Of a DNA stretch of 64,000 bases, positions 51,522 to 64,000 are shown piece by piece (position 1 is the first letter of the stretch; every line of letters begins with the position of its first letter). Location of the stretch: contig NC_089435.1 of the NCBI RefSeq assembly GCF_026210795.1, positions 4,278,001 to 4,342,000 of the forward strand, in the 5' to 3' direction. The notes below the pieces were generated by a model that was not told where the DNA came from, ran no database searches, and was given only the letters and a program-made list of their open reading frames with translations. Position numbers and translations under genes: made by a program. Source of the stretch: Rhizophagus irregularis. Taxonomy: Eukaryota.

Positions 51522-52695
51522 GTTATAGTTGAACAGCCTGTGCCAACTGCCACTTCGAGCCGTAAGCAGGAATTGCTTGACCAACTCGCTCCGTTGCAGG
51601 CATTACTCGACAAGTCTGTTCAAGTTATGAAAACGGGATAATAGCTTACCTCCGGTTGTCGCATTACAGAGTTCGATGTCGTCGTTAGTTCGAAACGGAC
51701 GAAGATTGCTCAAGGTGGTGTTTTACCGAATATTCATCAAAATCTTTTGCCCAAGAAGTCAAAGAAAGGTGCAAAGTGGACCGTGAATATCGAGCACGCA
51801 ACTCTCGAAGGCTTTAAAAATTCTATACGCGCTATAAATCAGACTTCAGCACTCGAGAATGATGGAGCGGTGCTTAACATGTTAAATGACAGCGGAAAAT
51901 ATTCACCTAAGAACGATCAAGCTCTTTGTGAAATGCTTCAGCTGTTCGTGTCAAAAATAATCTCAAGTTTACTGTGTTTATCGAGGCGCCATCAAAACCC
52001 TTTTCAGATTGGTCTTTCCTGAAGGTATGCCAACTTTACGGGCTCGGTAAATCAGATGATCCTTCATTATCTGTCTTTCCGCCTTTCACTTGCGAGTGCA
52101 AAGATCTGAAGGACGAACCTTCTCAGGTATTACTTAAAAATCTTATAGTCAAACTGAAGGCCCATCTCAAGACCATTCCAATCAACGGAAATGAAGCATC
52201 GAAATCACAATATGTGTGTTTATACTTAGTTGCTGGTGCGAATCTATTTTGAGCTTCGACTAGGACATAGCCCAGTTGATTTCGCAATTGATCTACTCCA
52301 GAGTCCAGACCGTAAAAACTGTTGGAGGGATAGAAGTAAAAGATGAAGATTTTTTATAGGGTATTATTCGCTTGAAGGCGTAAGGTGAGATAGGAAGAGG
52401 GATCATTTGTGGATAAAGTATTGGAATTATTACAGATGCGAAAGAATGGTATTTTATATTATGTTCACTTTATAAACAAGGAAGACTGAGATTCAAATTA
52501 TCAAACCCGATATTGTCGTGTATGATAGTGAGGATATGGAAAGTATGGTTGAAAGAGTTCTAGGTCATATTGCATGATTATTGGAGGAGGTGCAGAAGCC
52601 AGATTCAGCTGTTAACGTAGATAAAGAGAGGAAATAAAAGGGTGGGGTCATTGAGTAATGTTACGGAAAAATCAGATACTATAGATAGATCTTAG
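51522..52695 (+). pseudogene. Crinkler (CRN)-family gene relic
   Basis: VIVEQPVPTATSSRKQELLDQLA (HVIV-type junction), [68 protein letters not shown] and VERVLGHIA*LLEE. Multiple frameshifts; the N-terminal domain is missing. Confidence 0.8.
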
Positions 52696-55668
52696 TATAG
52701 AAAATTCGTCATGATCATGGTAAAGTCCCGATCCTTTTTATTTATTTCGCACTTCGTCCACCTGCGTCCCAAATTTGTGTTTTTAAAAAATTTATTTTTA
52801 TGATCATATACGCACACGATAAAAATTCAAAATAAAGCTTTTTTTTATTATATTTTTGTGAGATAAAAAAGATAAAAAAGCCGATTAGCTATGTAAAATG
52901 CGGATTTTCACGTCTTTTACATAGTAACAGGAGGGAGTTCCTTCCTGCTACTCCGCATACTATCTAAGTTTTCGTTGATATCCATAAACCAATATCATCT
53001 AATGTGCTAATGTAACCATCTTTTTTCGTGATGTTTCTTGTTTTCATAAAACCCTTGAACCGTATTCTTTTTGATTGTGCACGAATTTCCAATGCTACGT
53101 GAAGGCACATCTCTTCCAAATTGTTCTTTATCGTCCGAGTCCAGACGATAAGCTAACACCTCTGAATGTTATTGGGCCTGAACTTGCCAAATGTAGCGAA
53201 TTAAAAATAATGAATGCATACAGTCATCATGAAATTTTTAGGTAGATCGATATCCTACGCGAATTCACATCGAATTTTGTGGATCTACGCCGAAAATACC
53301 ACGTGTATTTGGAAAATTTTTAGAACTATTCAGTGGATTTTAAGTGGAAAAAATTTCCTGATGGTAGAACATAATTCCGGAAGAACTTTCAGATAAGATT
53401 GGCTAGCCACACTCAGCTGATTAGTTTCGACTGGCTGAATTCTTCAGACAACAGCATGAACTTCAGTGGAAGCATTAATTGAGGTGAAATCATTTTCGGC
53501 AGGCTTCTTCGATGGTATTAATCTCGTAGTAGGGTTATTAATAGATATAAATAAATAATTCTGTAGTATTTATACAATTTGTATTACCGTATATAATTTA
53601 TTATTGATAAAGTGATTTATGCTTTTTTCAAATAAGAATAGTTTGCTAAGAAATTTGTAATTTAAAAAAAATTGCAAGCTGTAACCATTTTTTATAAAAA
53701 TATAAATATATGTAACCAATTCATTATCTAAATGTAATCAGTTATTTTTTGGTCATATGTTGCGCAATACTGCGTTGTCATATTGTTGCAATAAAATTAC
53801 TAGTATAATAGTGTTAAAACGACAACAATAGTAATGCAAATTTTGATGATTGCATCCTACTGGGTGGATATAGCTCATGATAATTTGTTTTCATGATAAT
53901 TTGTTTGTATGGTATATAAACTTAATATCAATAAAGCATATATAAATCATTAAAATAATAATAATAATAATAATAATGCAAATTACACCATTTATATGTC
54001 ATGAGCTAATTATTTTTATCATTTAAATGTTTTAAATGAATGCGCATATATCCCCTCAATGTATTAAATATAATAAAAACTCCGATGAATTTGAAAATAT
54101 TGCATCAACATTATAATTTGATGGCTTCTTTGTAACATTACGGGAAAATGTTCAACGTTGCAACTTTTTGTTGTAACATTACACAGACTTTTAAATAAAT
54201 ATCGGAAAGCTTATTTTGAAGCGGCATTTGTGGTTATTTTTGCAGTGTATCATTTCAAATTATTTGTTATTATGCTCATAAAATGTTTTTTTTTAAAGGG
54301 TTTATAAGATTATTGATCATTATTGATCATGATCTTTTATTCATAAAATTTCGAAATTTTATAATGAAAAATTCCGTTATCAGTTCTTTTTCTTTTTTTT
54401 TTTATTAATCCGATATTTCACCAGAATACAAATAATATAAAATGTTCATGGCGCAATAAAGAATTAAAATCAGATTATTTGTTTATTTGTGATCTGCGAG
54501 ATATATTTACGTTTGTACAACAAAAATTAAAATTAAAAACCCGAGTTGCCGTTTTTAAATGATGTACGCAAAAAATAAACAAAATAGTAATTGGATATTA
54601 ATTTTGCAGAATTTATATTAGAAAAGAATTAAAGCACCATCATTATTGATAAATTATTCGACTATGATGCTGATTAAGAATAATGCTACAATTATTAATA
54701 TTAACATCTTCATCAAGAATGTATTTATTTCTATGATGATCTATTATTAATACACTAATATATTTCGCAGTATTTTTTTTTTAAAAAAAGTCCGATAAAC
54801 TTATAAAGTGATTGGTTTATTCATATTATTCGCAAATATTTCAAAACAAATACGCAATTTTTTTTCTTCATTCAACTTATTTAATGATTTTTAATGAAGT
54901 TCGACCAATTTAATTTTATTCATGTAATATTATTTACTGATTAATTATTGTTAACAAAACAATATTCTTTATTTTGAATATTGTGACACAGTCAGTGTAT
55001 TGTTATACAACGTTTAACAAATAGTTTCTAATCATCATTATTTAAATTTAACTTGAAACAATTTGTTGTTCTGTTTGTACGTAAATTAATATGTAGCAAA
55101 AAAAAATTTTTTTTTTTTGTAATGGAAATTCTATGATGAAAATTCTAGATAATCCTTACAGATTATTCTTTGTTAAATTTATTCAAAATCTCTTATCTCA
55201 CGTTGCACACAATTCTTTAAATTATTTCCAGAATTTGCTAACTATTCATTATGGAAGGCATACTTTTTTTTATCAGTTATTTCTGATGGATCAAAAATTT
55301 TTGTAATTTGTAATTAAATGGTTTCACAACATCGATAAAGTCGGATCTAGCTCTTTTAAACCGAGTGGTTTTTACTTGGCATTTTGACACAATAATAATT
55401 GTAATAATTGTCGTAAACAATAAAATATTATAATATTATTTTATTTAATAATAATTTTTTGTATACAGAAAATTCTTGAAATAAGAAATAGGTCAAATTT
55501 TAAATAAAAAAAGAAATTATAATAAATATCAGAAGAGAGATAATCAATTTAGTTACGTGATATATATACAGTATTGTTATACAACCTGATTATTAATAAT
55601 AAGTTACGTGTTATACCTTGTTTATACAACCTGATTATTAACAAGTTACGTGTTATATACTGTATATA

Positions 55669-56919
55669 TTAACAACAGTTACTATCCGATTTAGATGAAC
55701 AATCAAAAAGCCCATAATGTAAGGTTGTATCTCCAATAACATCAAAGTGTTCCGCATATCGAGTTTTCTGTAATATCATGGATGTATTGCCACAAACTGG
55801 AATAGATTCATCGACTTTAAACACATGATGATCATCCAATACGAAAGAAACTGGAGCTTCTTCAATAGTTCCTTTATAGGTTGCTACTTGTCCATAATTT
55901 TCACAACGATCCTCGAAAGGTAATTTAAAAGTACGAACTGTGATAGAATAAAAATCGATCATTCCCACTTTTTGTTTGACTTCCGAATCATTCAAGTCGA
56001 TCTTTTGTTTTGATAAAATTCGATATTCAGGATAACCTAAGCTTGTAAGTAAACGTCGAAAATCCTCAATATAAAGCGCCCCGCTTAGGCATTCTCCAAA
56101 TAGAACTGGATCTTTTACAAGAGCTTCTGGAATTCTACTTCCTGAAAAAACATCAGAGAAATATAGTTCACCTCCTGTCTTGAGAACTCGAAAGATTTCC
56201 GAAAATGCTTTCTTCTTATTAGTAGAAAGGTTAAGAACACAGTTTGAAATTACAACATCTATTGATTCGCTTTCAATACCGGCTGCTTGAAGGTCTTCAA
56301 TATATCCTTTTTTGAAAATCACATTAGGTTTATCGTATCCGAATCGATCCATATGGTAAGAGATATGATTATTAGCAACTTCAAGTTGTTCATCAGTCAT
56401 ATCAATTCCGATTACTTTACCCTCTGGACCAACCAACTTGGATAAAATGAAACAATCTCGACCAGAACCTGATCCTAAATCTAAAACTGTCTTTCCTTTT
56501 AACGCGGGAGGGACAGGAGAACCACAACCATAAAATTTGGAAAGAACTTCAGGATGAATATCTTTCATAATTGCCTTTACGTTCTCTGGGATGGAATCTT
56601 TTGCGCAACATGCGCTAGTTTTTAAATCTTTGTTGGTTTTAAGAACATTACTGTAATAATCTTTTACCGATTCGATCGCTTGTTGTTCGTCTCTTGTTTG
56701 TTTTCCGGTTTTAGTTTGATCTTTCTATAAGAAAAATAATTTTGAAAAAAAAAAAGTTATTAAAGGTAACAAATATTACGGTCAACTCTTTCTAAGTGCA
56801 CTCCCCTTGGGACCATAATGAACGTGCACTTAGAGAGAGTTGACTATTATAATTTTCGACACGTTTATATATTCAAAAGAATTACTTACAACACAACATT
56901 TTTCAATCTTAGAATTCAT
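55669..56919 (-). CDS. arsM: Arsenite S-adenosylmethionine methyltransferase (ArsM/AS3MT-like), 2 exons, ~361 aa
   Basis: Exon 1 is 56919-56890 (MNSKIEKCCV|GTAAGT), phase-0 intron 56889-56725, exon 2 is 56724-55669. Motifs: VKDYY...LKTSACC, FYGCG, VLDLGSGSGRD, VIGIDMT, DVVISNCVLNL, GELYFSD and GECLSGALY, covering all four conserved ArsM Cys positions. Confidence 0.95.
56779..56846. mobile_element. 68-bp Tc1/mariner-like mini-MITE in the arsM intron
   Basis: GTCAACTCTTTCTAAGTGCAC / GTGCACTTAGAGAGAGTTGAC (20/21) around a 22-nt spacer, with TA on the left. Confidence 0.8.
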
Positions 56920-57083
56920 TATTATTTATTTTATATTATTTTATATATTTATTATTTTTTTTTTAATGATAAATTCACTCTTTTTATCTTTTTAATTTAG
57001 GGAGTGTTATATGATTATTTTGATGGAATGATGGGAATTTTTTTTTTTCGACCTGCATTTTTATAGTATTAGTCCTCGTGATT

Positions 57084-57099
57084 TGACTCATTTGACTCT
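57084..57099. promoter_or_regulatory. Candidate tandem AP-1/bZIP sites upstream of arsM
   Basis: TGACTCA (57084-57090) and TGACTCT (57093-57099), about 165 bp upstream of the ATG. Confidence 0.35.
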
Positions 57100-59988
57100 T
57101 AACTTATTTGTCGTACTAAAATTATGTTTGAATTAAAAATTCTCCTATTAAGGGGAATTTTTAATTCAATTATAAGGTGATCACCATACCTGGTTTAAAC
57201 CGATAATTCCTGACCTGCCTAAAAGAAGGTTTTATCAAATATAATCAAAAAAAATAATAAATAAAGCTTATTAATATAAAAATGCTTTATTAGAACAATC
57301 CAAAACCGAGAATTACATATGTACTACGTATTGTGCGAATCTTGTATTATATAAATAAATAAAAATAGAAATGAAAGAAATATATTGAATTAGGGAATTA
57401 ATTTATTAAATAAAATAATATCACGTATATTGTGGCTAAAAAAAATGAATTTTTAATTTTTTTTTTCTTTTAAGTGAAAATTAGTCTTAATTTAGCAAAA
57501 TAAAAATACGGATTCATACTAAATGGATATTAATCCGGATTACCCGACGGAAGTACTTACTATACTCAACTAGTTTGTTTTATCAGGTGATAAGATTAAA
57601 AACATTTAACAATCCTTTCACTGACATGTAAATACTTTTATACTATTTTATACTAGACCTGAAAGTTTTAAAATTCAATAAATAAGTTTCCAGATTTATC
57701 TAGAATACATTTCAGAACATTTTCTAGACGTGTTCCAAGCATGTACGCATGTACGGATTTTTCCAGGACATCCGATATCCTTCCTTAATATACTTTTTAA
57801 TAATAATAAGTCGAAAATTTTTTTTTTTTTAACGAAAATAGATTTATCTTAACCGGCTAAAAACCGGTTAACCAAGTGCTCAACCAGTTAACTAACCAGT
57901 TAATATTAAAATATTTTTTTTTTGGCTACAAATTGTACAGATTTTTTTACTAGTTGTCGATAAAATTATATTTCTTTTTTTAACTGTTTAAAAGAATACG
58001 GTATGAAGTTTGGGAGCACGTGACCGCAATTACGTATGTCTGAGCCACATTTTATAAATCTGGCCAGAATTACGACCAATTAATTTTAACAAGTTGATTT
58101 CCTAACTGCTGGTTAACGTCTTAATTTACTTATGAGATTGTTCTTATAATGATTATACTATAATAGATAGCTTTGAAACCATCAACAAGAAGAATCCAAT
58201 AGGTCTAATTTGGCCATTTTCTTTTATAGCAGCGGAAAATCTTCATTAGAAAGTAGAAACAATAAATTACTTTGAGTATCATTTTTTCTTATTATAATAT
58301 TAGTAAATTTCGTTTATAATAACCTTTTAGCCAAGTTTAATTAATGAAGCTAAACAATTTAACTTGTCTATAATGAGAAATCAATAGTTTTAGTTATTAG
58401 GAACCGGGTTCGAAACTTCGGTTCTAAAGTAATTCGAAGCAATTGCACCATTTTGGAGATCATTTTTTACTTTATTGAATTAAACTTATTGGCATCAATT
58501 TTTTAGGTAAATTTACTTATTGGAGTAAAATAATTCGACTCATCTGTATTTAATAATTTCAAAAATTGTACGAACTACTTAACATCCCTATTCTAAATCT
58601 ACCATGTGGGTTTCTGATGTTCCGACAAAAGTATTCTGGCCTAATGAATATAGCAAGTTGGCCAGTTCGAAGAGTATTACTTGAATCAGCTAGAGTTCAG
58701 TAAGATTTGCATTTTCCAAATGAGAAAATTTTTCTTTCAATTTATTCTGTAATGTCAATATATCTTTCAAGTGTAGTTGAAGCTTTTTACTCATTCTTTA
58801 AAAATTTTTTAGATGTAAAGAATAAAAAAAATCAAACGAAAAAAATAAGATACAACAATAAAATATACTATATTTATATTTTATACCTCATTCTGATGAG
58901 AATTTGATAATTGTGTGAATAACAGGGGATAAATCAGTTATATCCTTGTAATTGGAATAGTAAAATTTTACTTTAGAATTGGAACATGATCGGCTTATTT
59001 TCATGTATATTCGCATTTTAAGTAGGGACTTTCATTAATAGTTTTAACTTTTATAATTGATCATTGCCATGTTTTTTAGAAACGCAAAAAAGAAGGTATC
59101 ATAATAAGAAAAAAAATATCTTATACATAGAAATATATTTATGACGATAAGATGACGGCGAGATACGGTTGCGAGATGACGAATTATACCAGGTGACAAA
59201 CGCGTCAGATATTTTAAAGAAAAAGGAGGTTAAGTTAAGATCACAATTACAAGCCAATTTTTATTGGGTAACAAATTTTCTAAATTTGGAAATTAATGGG
59301 ATTTTCGTATTATTATTTACACCAACAATAAATACAAATTGCATATCATGAAACGCTACTACACTAGTAAAGTATGACATGTTTTTAATGTAAAATCACC
59401 CAAAATGTCACGTAAAGATTAATATATTTATATTTTTTTTTCACTTCTTTTGCTTTTTATCATTATTTTGTTGCGTTTAAAGTTTAATATATTGAGTTTT
59501 ATTTCTCTCTCTACATATACAGTATATGCCATATATACAGTATATGACCGCCAAAAGATTAAAAAATTATTATTTGATAAAAAGCATTTGCATATTAGTA
59601 TTACATTATAATAATAATATTATTAATGAATATGTTGTTTCACAAGGAATGTAAGAAAGTTGCATATTTCGAAATAACGATATAACGAAAATATAAATAT
59701 TATTAAAGGAGCGTATAAGAGAAATATTAATTACTTATACGCTAGATAACTTTTTAATCATTGTAATTAAATCGAAAAGTAGTAGCTAAAAAAATTATGT
59801 GGCGTAGCTCATCAAATAATCACAATAATCACGTAAGATTCACACTCCTTTTATGACAATCATGGGATTTTAATAACCGTGGGAAGATTATTTAAGTATG
59901 TGCATGTGAATTTTTCTTCCCAAATATATATATAAATAACATTTCATAAAAAGAAAGTGTCTTTTTTTTCTTTAAACCGTCAAAATTC

Positions 59989-60672
59989 ATGGATATTAAT
60001 TTCTCTGATCAAACTTTACCAGGTAAAAAAATTAATTTATTATTAATTATTATTTTAAATAGTGAAATTTAAATATTTTTTTAATATTGATCTTTTTAGA
60101 AATTGTTGCGGATCTTCTTTCTCATGATGAAGCAGTATATAAAAAAGTGTTAGATACATTTTTTACTGAGGATGCAACTTTATCTCATCCACTATTAAAT
60201 GTTTATGGATCTCATAACATTCGTAAAGTTTTTCGTGTTTGGGCTACTTTTAATAAACATGAACCTGAAATCCAAAATAAAGAAGATATAGTTTTCGAGT
60301 ATGTGATAACTTTTTTATTATCATTTCATCGTATAAAAAAATTTTTTTTTTTTGATTTTTAACTCTTGATTTTACATTTATAGTGGAATTACTGCTGTTA
60401 TAAATATAAAACAACATATATGTCCAAGAGTTTTCCCTTTTCTTCATTTTGTCGTACCTACTATAACAACTCTTAGATTTCGTGAAGAAAGAGATGGATA
60501 TTATTATATTTACAGAATGGAAGATAGTTGGACTCTTGAAGGTCTTTTTCAAAGTGTACCTTTAATTAGTTGGTGTTATGAAACTATCGTTCGTAAACTT
60601 GTCTTTGGAAAATTAATTACTGGAACTGGTTATTTAATCGATAGTGCCTCTTCCTATATGAAAAATAATTAA
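59989..60672 (+). CDS. NTF2/SnoaL-like fold protein (3 exons, 173 aa)
   Basis: Exons 59989-60022, 60100-60298 and 60384-60672 join in frame (522 nt). Motifs FFTEDATLSHPLLNVYG...IRKVF..W and YYIYRMEDSW, then an amphipathic tail. TATA run near 59925. Confidence 0.85.
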
Positions 60673-60819
60673 ATCAATTATATAGTTTTTTTTTTATGAT
60701 AATTTATTAAGTTTTAATTTATTTACTAACTATCAATTTTTTAAATATTCGCTTATGAATAAATTCTCTCGAAATATTTCTATATTTCACTTAAAATATT
60801 AAATATTTATAAGTACCAG

Positions 60820-63310
60820 TACAAATGCGGTGAAAATTCGAAAGAAGATTTAATATCTGAATTGAAGTTTTGTGCGCTTTGCGTTTGCAACTCTTTCTTT
60901 TAATATTTCTTCTTTTTGGATAGTTTTCTCAATTTTTGTGAAATAAAAGTTTTGGTGATTTCTAAATTTACAGTTGAAAAATTACATCAGAAGATCTGCA
61001 ATTTCAGCCATTTTGTTAATTCTGCCCCATATTTCCTGGTACAGATCTATAACGGTTTTGTTATCCACATAAGTTCATGAAGACTTAACATAATCGTCTC
61101 GCGTAGACATTATTCATGTAATCTAATCACAACTTCCAAAATTGTCCTTAAATTATATAAATATACGTCGTACAATTTATTCTATGTACCATGCTTCAGT
61201 AAAGAATGCAATGCATTACATAATTTTACATATATCCGCGAAAAAAAAATACAATTATATCTTTTATCTTCTCGATTTAAATTTTTATACCAATCAATCG
61301 CTTTGTATATATCTTTCCCAACCAATCGAGCCAGTTCTACGGTTCTTTTATTCCAATTCCATTATTATAACGGAATCCTGTATCATAATCCTATGTGATA
61401 AAAACCAGCCATTTTCGCTTTACAACATCTATTTCTTTAATATAACAATATCAAACTTGAAATTGTCTTCGTCAGCTATTCTTACAAGATATTTAAAGAC
61501 TATTTTATGCCCGATCCATACTGATAACATAGTATTGTGATCAGATGATCGAATTGACGAATAATTACAATCATGATTAAAAATACCCAAATATATCAGT
61601 TTACGTCGTGTTAGTATAATTTGATAACCATTTCCATTTCTTCATTACCAATCTGTATTTCGTGTATTTTGAAACGTTCTTAATCATTCTATTAATTCAC
61701 AATTTCAAAATCTTAAGATTATTCGATTCGCTACACAAACTTGCAACAAATTCCAATCATTAGATTTTCACTTTTATGCTTCATCTTCAATTCACTTATT
61801 TTAATACAATTTTTTAAATTAGTGTAGAAACTAGACGATTATCCGCTTCATTCTAATAAAATAAATTAAAATATATTTTGTAAAATAAATCATCATCATC
61901 GTCGACGTCATGATTGAATAAAATAATATTTACTGGTATTATCTTAACATATCCACAAATTTCGTGGACAATTTCTTTAACCATAAAATTAATGTTAAAT
62001 ATTATTCTGAATTTTTTCCATTTCCTGAAAAACAACAAAGAATTGACTATAAATAATAAATTGTCAAAAAGAATTAATAAATTGTTAATGTACAACCGAT
62101 CTCTGAAAATTACTAATATGAACACTCGCTTAATTATTTTTATTGATAATTCGCATTTGATATTAATGGCCACATTTTGTATTCGGGAACTTTAAGCGAT
62201 GTTGTCCATTCCTTTCAGTAGATTGAAAATTATCTAAGATCATTGGTAATGAACATTTGAATGATCTAGAATAAAATAATAAATATAAAATGAACAATAT
62301 CTCACACATCAAAAAAAAAATCTTTTAGTGGAATCCTTACACTAAAGTCTAATAATTAAACTCCCATCACAAAAAAATTCTGCGGATCTATATGTGACAA
62401 ATTTACAAAAATATTAAGAATAGCAGTTTCGTATTATGACGGTCACCAAATAAGCTCTATGATAAATGCCCGATCATTTGCAAGATATCCATTAAATCTT
62501 ATATTTGAATTGGGAACTTCTAAATAATTTCACTGCTGACGAAAACCATGATTTGGCAAAGCAACACGCGCCAGTGATGATTTTCTCGATGAATAGTGTG
62601 TCAATATACATTATTTTGTTGTAGATTATCCTACATTCAATTATATTTGATGCAAAGAGTAATTTAAATTTATTAATTTTGTTATTTGCTGTTCAATTTT
62701 GTTTTATTCAACAAAAGGATAAGTATTGAAACTTAACTCCTTCTTGTACGATTCGTAGCAGCCCAAGAATCGAATTCTTCATCCGTTAAAAGGGTATGAT
62801 TGCATCACGGAGATCTAGATCAACAAGTATCCCTAGTGTTTGTGGGAAAGTTGAGTAAAAAAACCATGCTATGGCTGCGATACGGATAAGTTGACTAGAT
62901 TAACTCGAGATTTATTTCCATCTTCTGCTTCATATGTCCTTTTATATCCTGTTATAATCGAAATGGAATAATAAAATGTAAATCCGTTGAAAGGCTAGTT
63001 CTTACTTCGTTAACGCATGAATAAATTCTCGATCATATGAAGGGTTACATACCAGACATTGATGTCCCTACTCCCTACTATATAATAAAATCCAATTATT
63101 GAAAAAAAAAATGATTTGGCTCGTGACCGTGATACATAGATTTGTTTTACTAAGTAATATAGTGTCTACGGATCACATCAATTTTTCGTTTATTCAAACT
63201 ATCTACAGCACAATAATCTTATGATCCGGTTTCAGTCATCTAGATAGGATAAAAATTGATGTCAGTTATACGTTCACGAGATATACAATATCAGAAATAA
63301 ATTAACTATA
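60820..63310 (-). pseudogene. Decayed intron-containing gene of unknown function
   Basis: Reverse-strand protein-like pieces (HHWRVLLCQIMVFVSSEII / EVPNSNIRFNGYLANDRAFIIELIW; VDNKTVIDLYQEIWGRINKMAEIADLL) with stops, frameshifts and splice-like boundaries. Ends are approximate. Confidence 0.45.
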
Positions 63311-64000
63311 CTTTAGTAAAGTTCTTTACATGATTACCTTAATATGATCGAATTCCGAGCAAAAAATTTGGGCTTTAGTTTGAATCTTTTCAATATAAAC
63401 GCACAGCTACAACCAAAAAATGTGCCTTTTAATGTCTCGTTCAGAACGTTCGTTTCCGGTATTTTCGTCGACATTTCCCCATACTGCCTTCAGGTGAGTA
63501 ATAATATTTTTGTTTAGGCTCAAAGATAACAGTATTACACATGAAAGTATCGCAAAAAATAAAAATAATCTTTAAAAATATGCACATTTTAGATCTACAG
63601 TATGACAGAAAAAAAATTCATATGATGACATCTATAATTTAACAGCCATGCTATTTAGAATTTTTTCGTTCCAGCCTTAAATAGAAATTGTCAAACTATC
63701 CCATAGTTGCTCCATCAACCTTCACAGGATCCCCTTTCATATCATTTATACAACTTTCGTTCTCTATGATCATATTGTCTAATATTTGGAAGGATTTGGA
63801 AGGTTAAAGTCTCAGTGAAGGAAATGTTAAGAGGAAATTACCTGTTGAGAAGCCTCCTACCAAAACATTAAAGGTGAACCCGGAGGTGAGAAACTGTCCT
63901 CAACTAGTAGTTACAGCGGTTTATTCAGCTGGCCCTCAAGATAATATCATTTACATTTACAGCCACTGATAAGTGTGTCTCAATGTTACCTCTCGAATAA

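Noticed and set aside
56780..56816. Alternative arsM first exon (MVPRGVHLERVD) or start at 56899
   Set aside because: The first lies inside the mini-MITE, and both are out of phase with the TAG acceptor. ATG 56919 with GTAAGT joins in phase 0.
58890..58910. Hammerhead ribozyme core CTGATGAG
   Set aside because: No stem II followed by GAAA and no closing helices.
39575..60672. Arsenic-resistance or biosynthetic gene cluster around arsM
   Set aside because: No ACR3/arsC/arsH or pathway enzymes nearby. Neighbours are kilobases away and functionally unrelated.

Overview
Very AT-rich (roughly 25% GC) eukaryotic DNA with short GT-AG introns. The gene content (Crinkler-like relic, Kelch membrane protein, TRP-like channel, arsenite methyltransferase) points to an arbuscular mycorrhizal fungus (Glomeromycotina, probably Rhizophagus). 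This is inferred from family recognition, not from a search. Nine gene models look intact or nearly intact: an intronless, GC-rich BBE/AA7-like FAD oxidase; a repeat protein; a 6-exon Kelch type-I membrane protein; a PalI/SUR7-like protein with one homopolymer frameshift; two small secreted proteins; an 8-exon TRP-like channel; a 2-exon ArsM; and a 3-exon NTF2-like protein. They sit among many MITEs (hAT-, Mutator-, PIF/Harbinger- and Tc1/mariner-like) and decayed genes. The most notable observations are five. (1) A minus-strand array of 30-41 nt micro-exons with strong splice signals but no open frame (45.0-45.9 kb). (2) A 93-bp MITE that rewrote the C-terminus of a Cys-rich secreted protein and carries GT...AG ends, so it may be becoming an intron. 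(3) A mosaic of Aurora-like kinase, giant-virus-like Zn/endonuclease fragment and Crinkler relic. (4) The compositionally foreign oxidase with a repeat array upstream. (5) A 2.1-kb block with no CpG. No rRNA, tRNA or CRISPR array was seen. All coordinates were read by hand.
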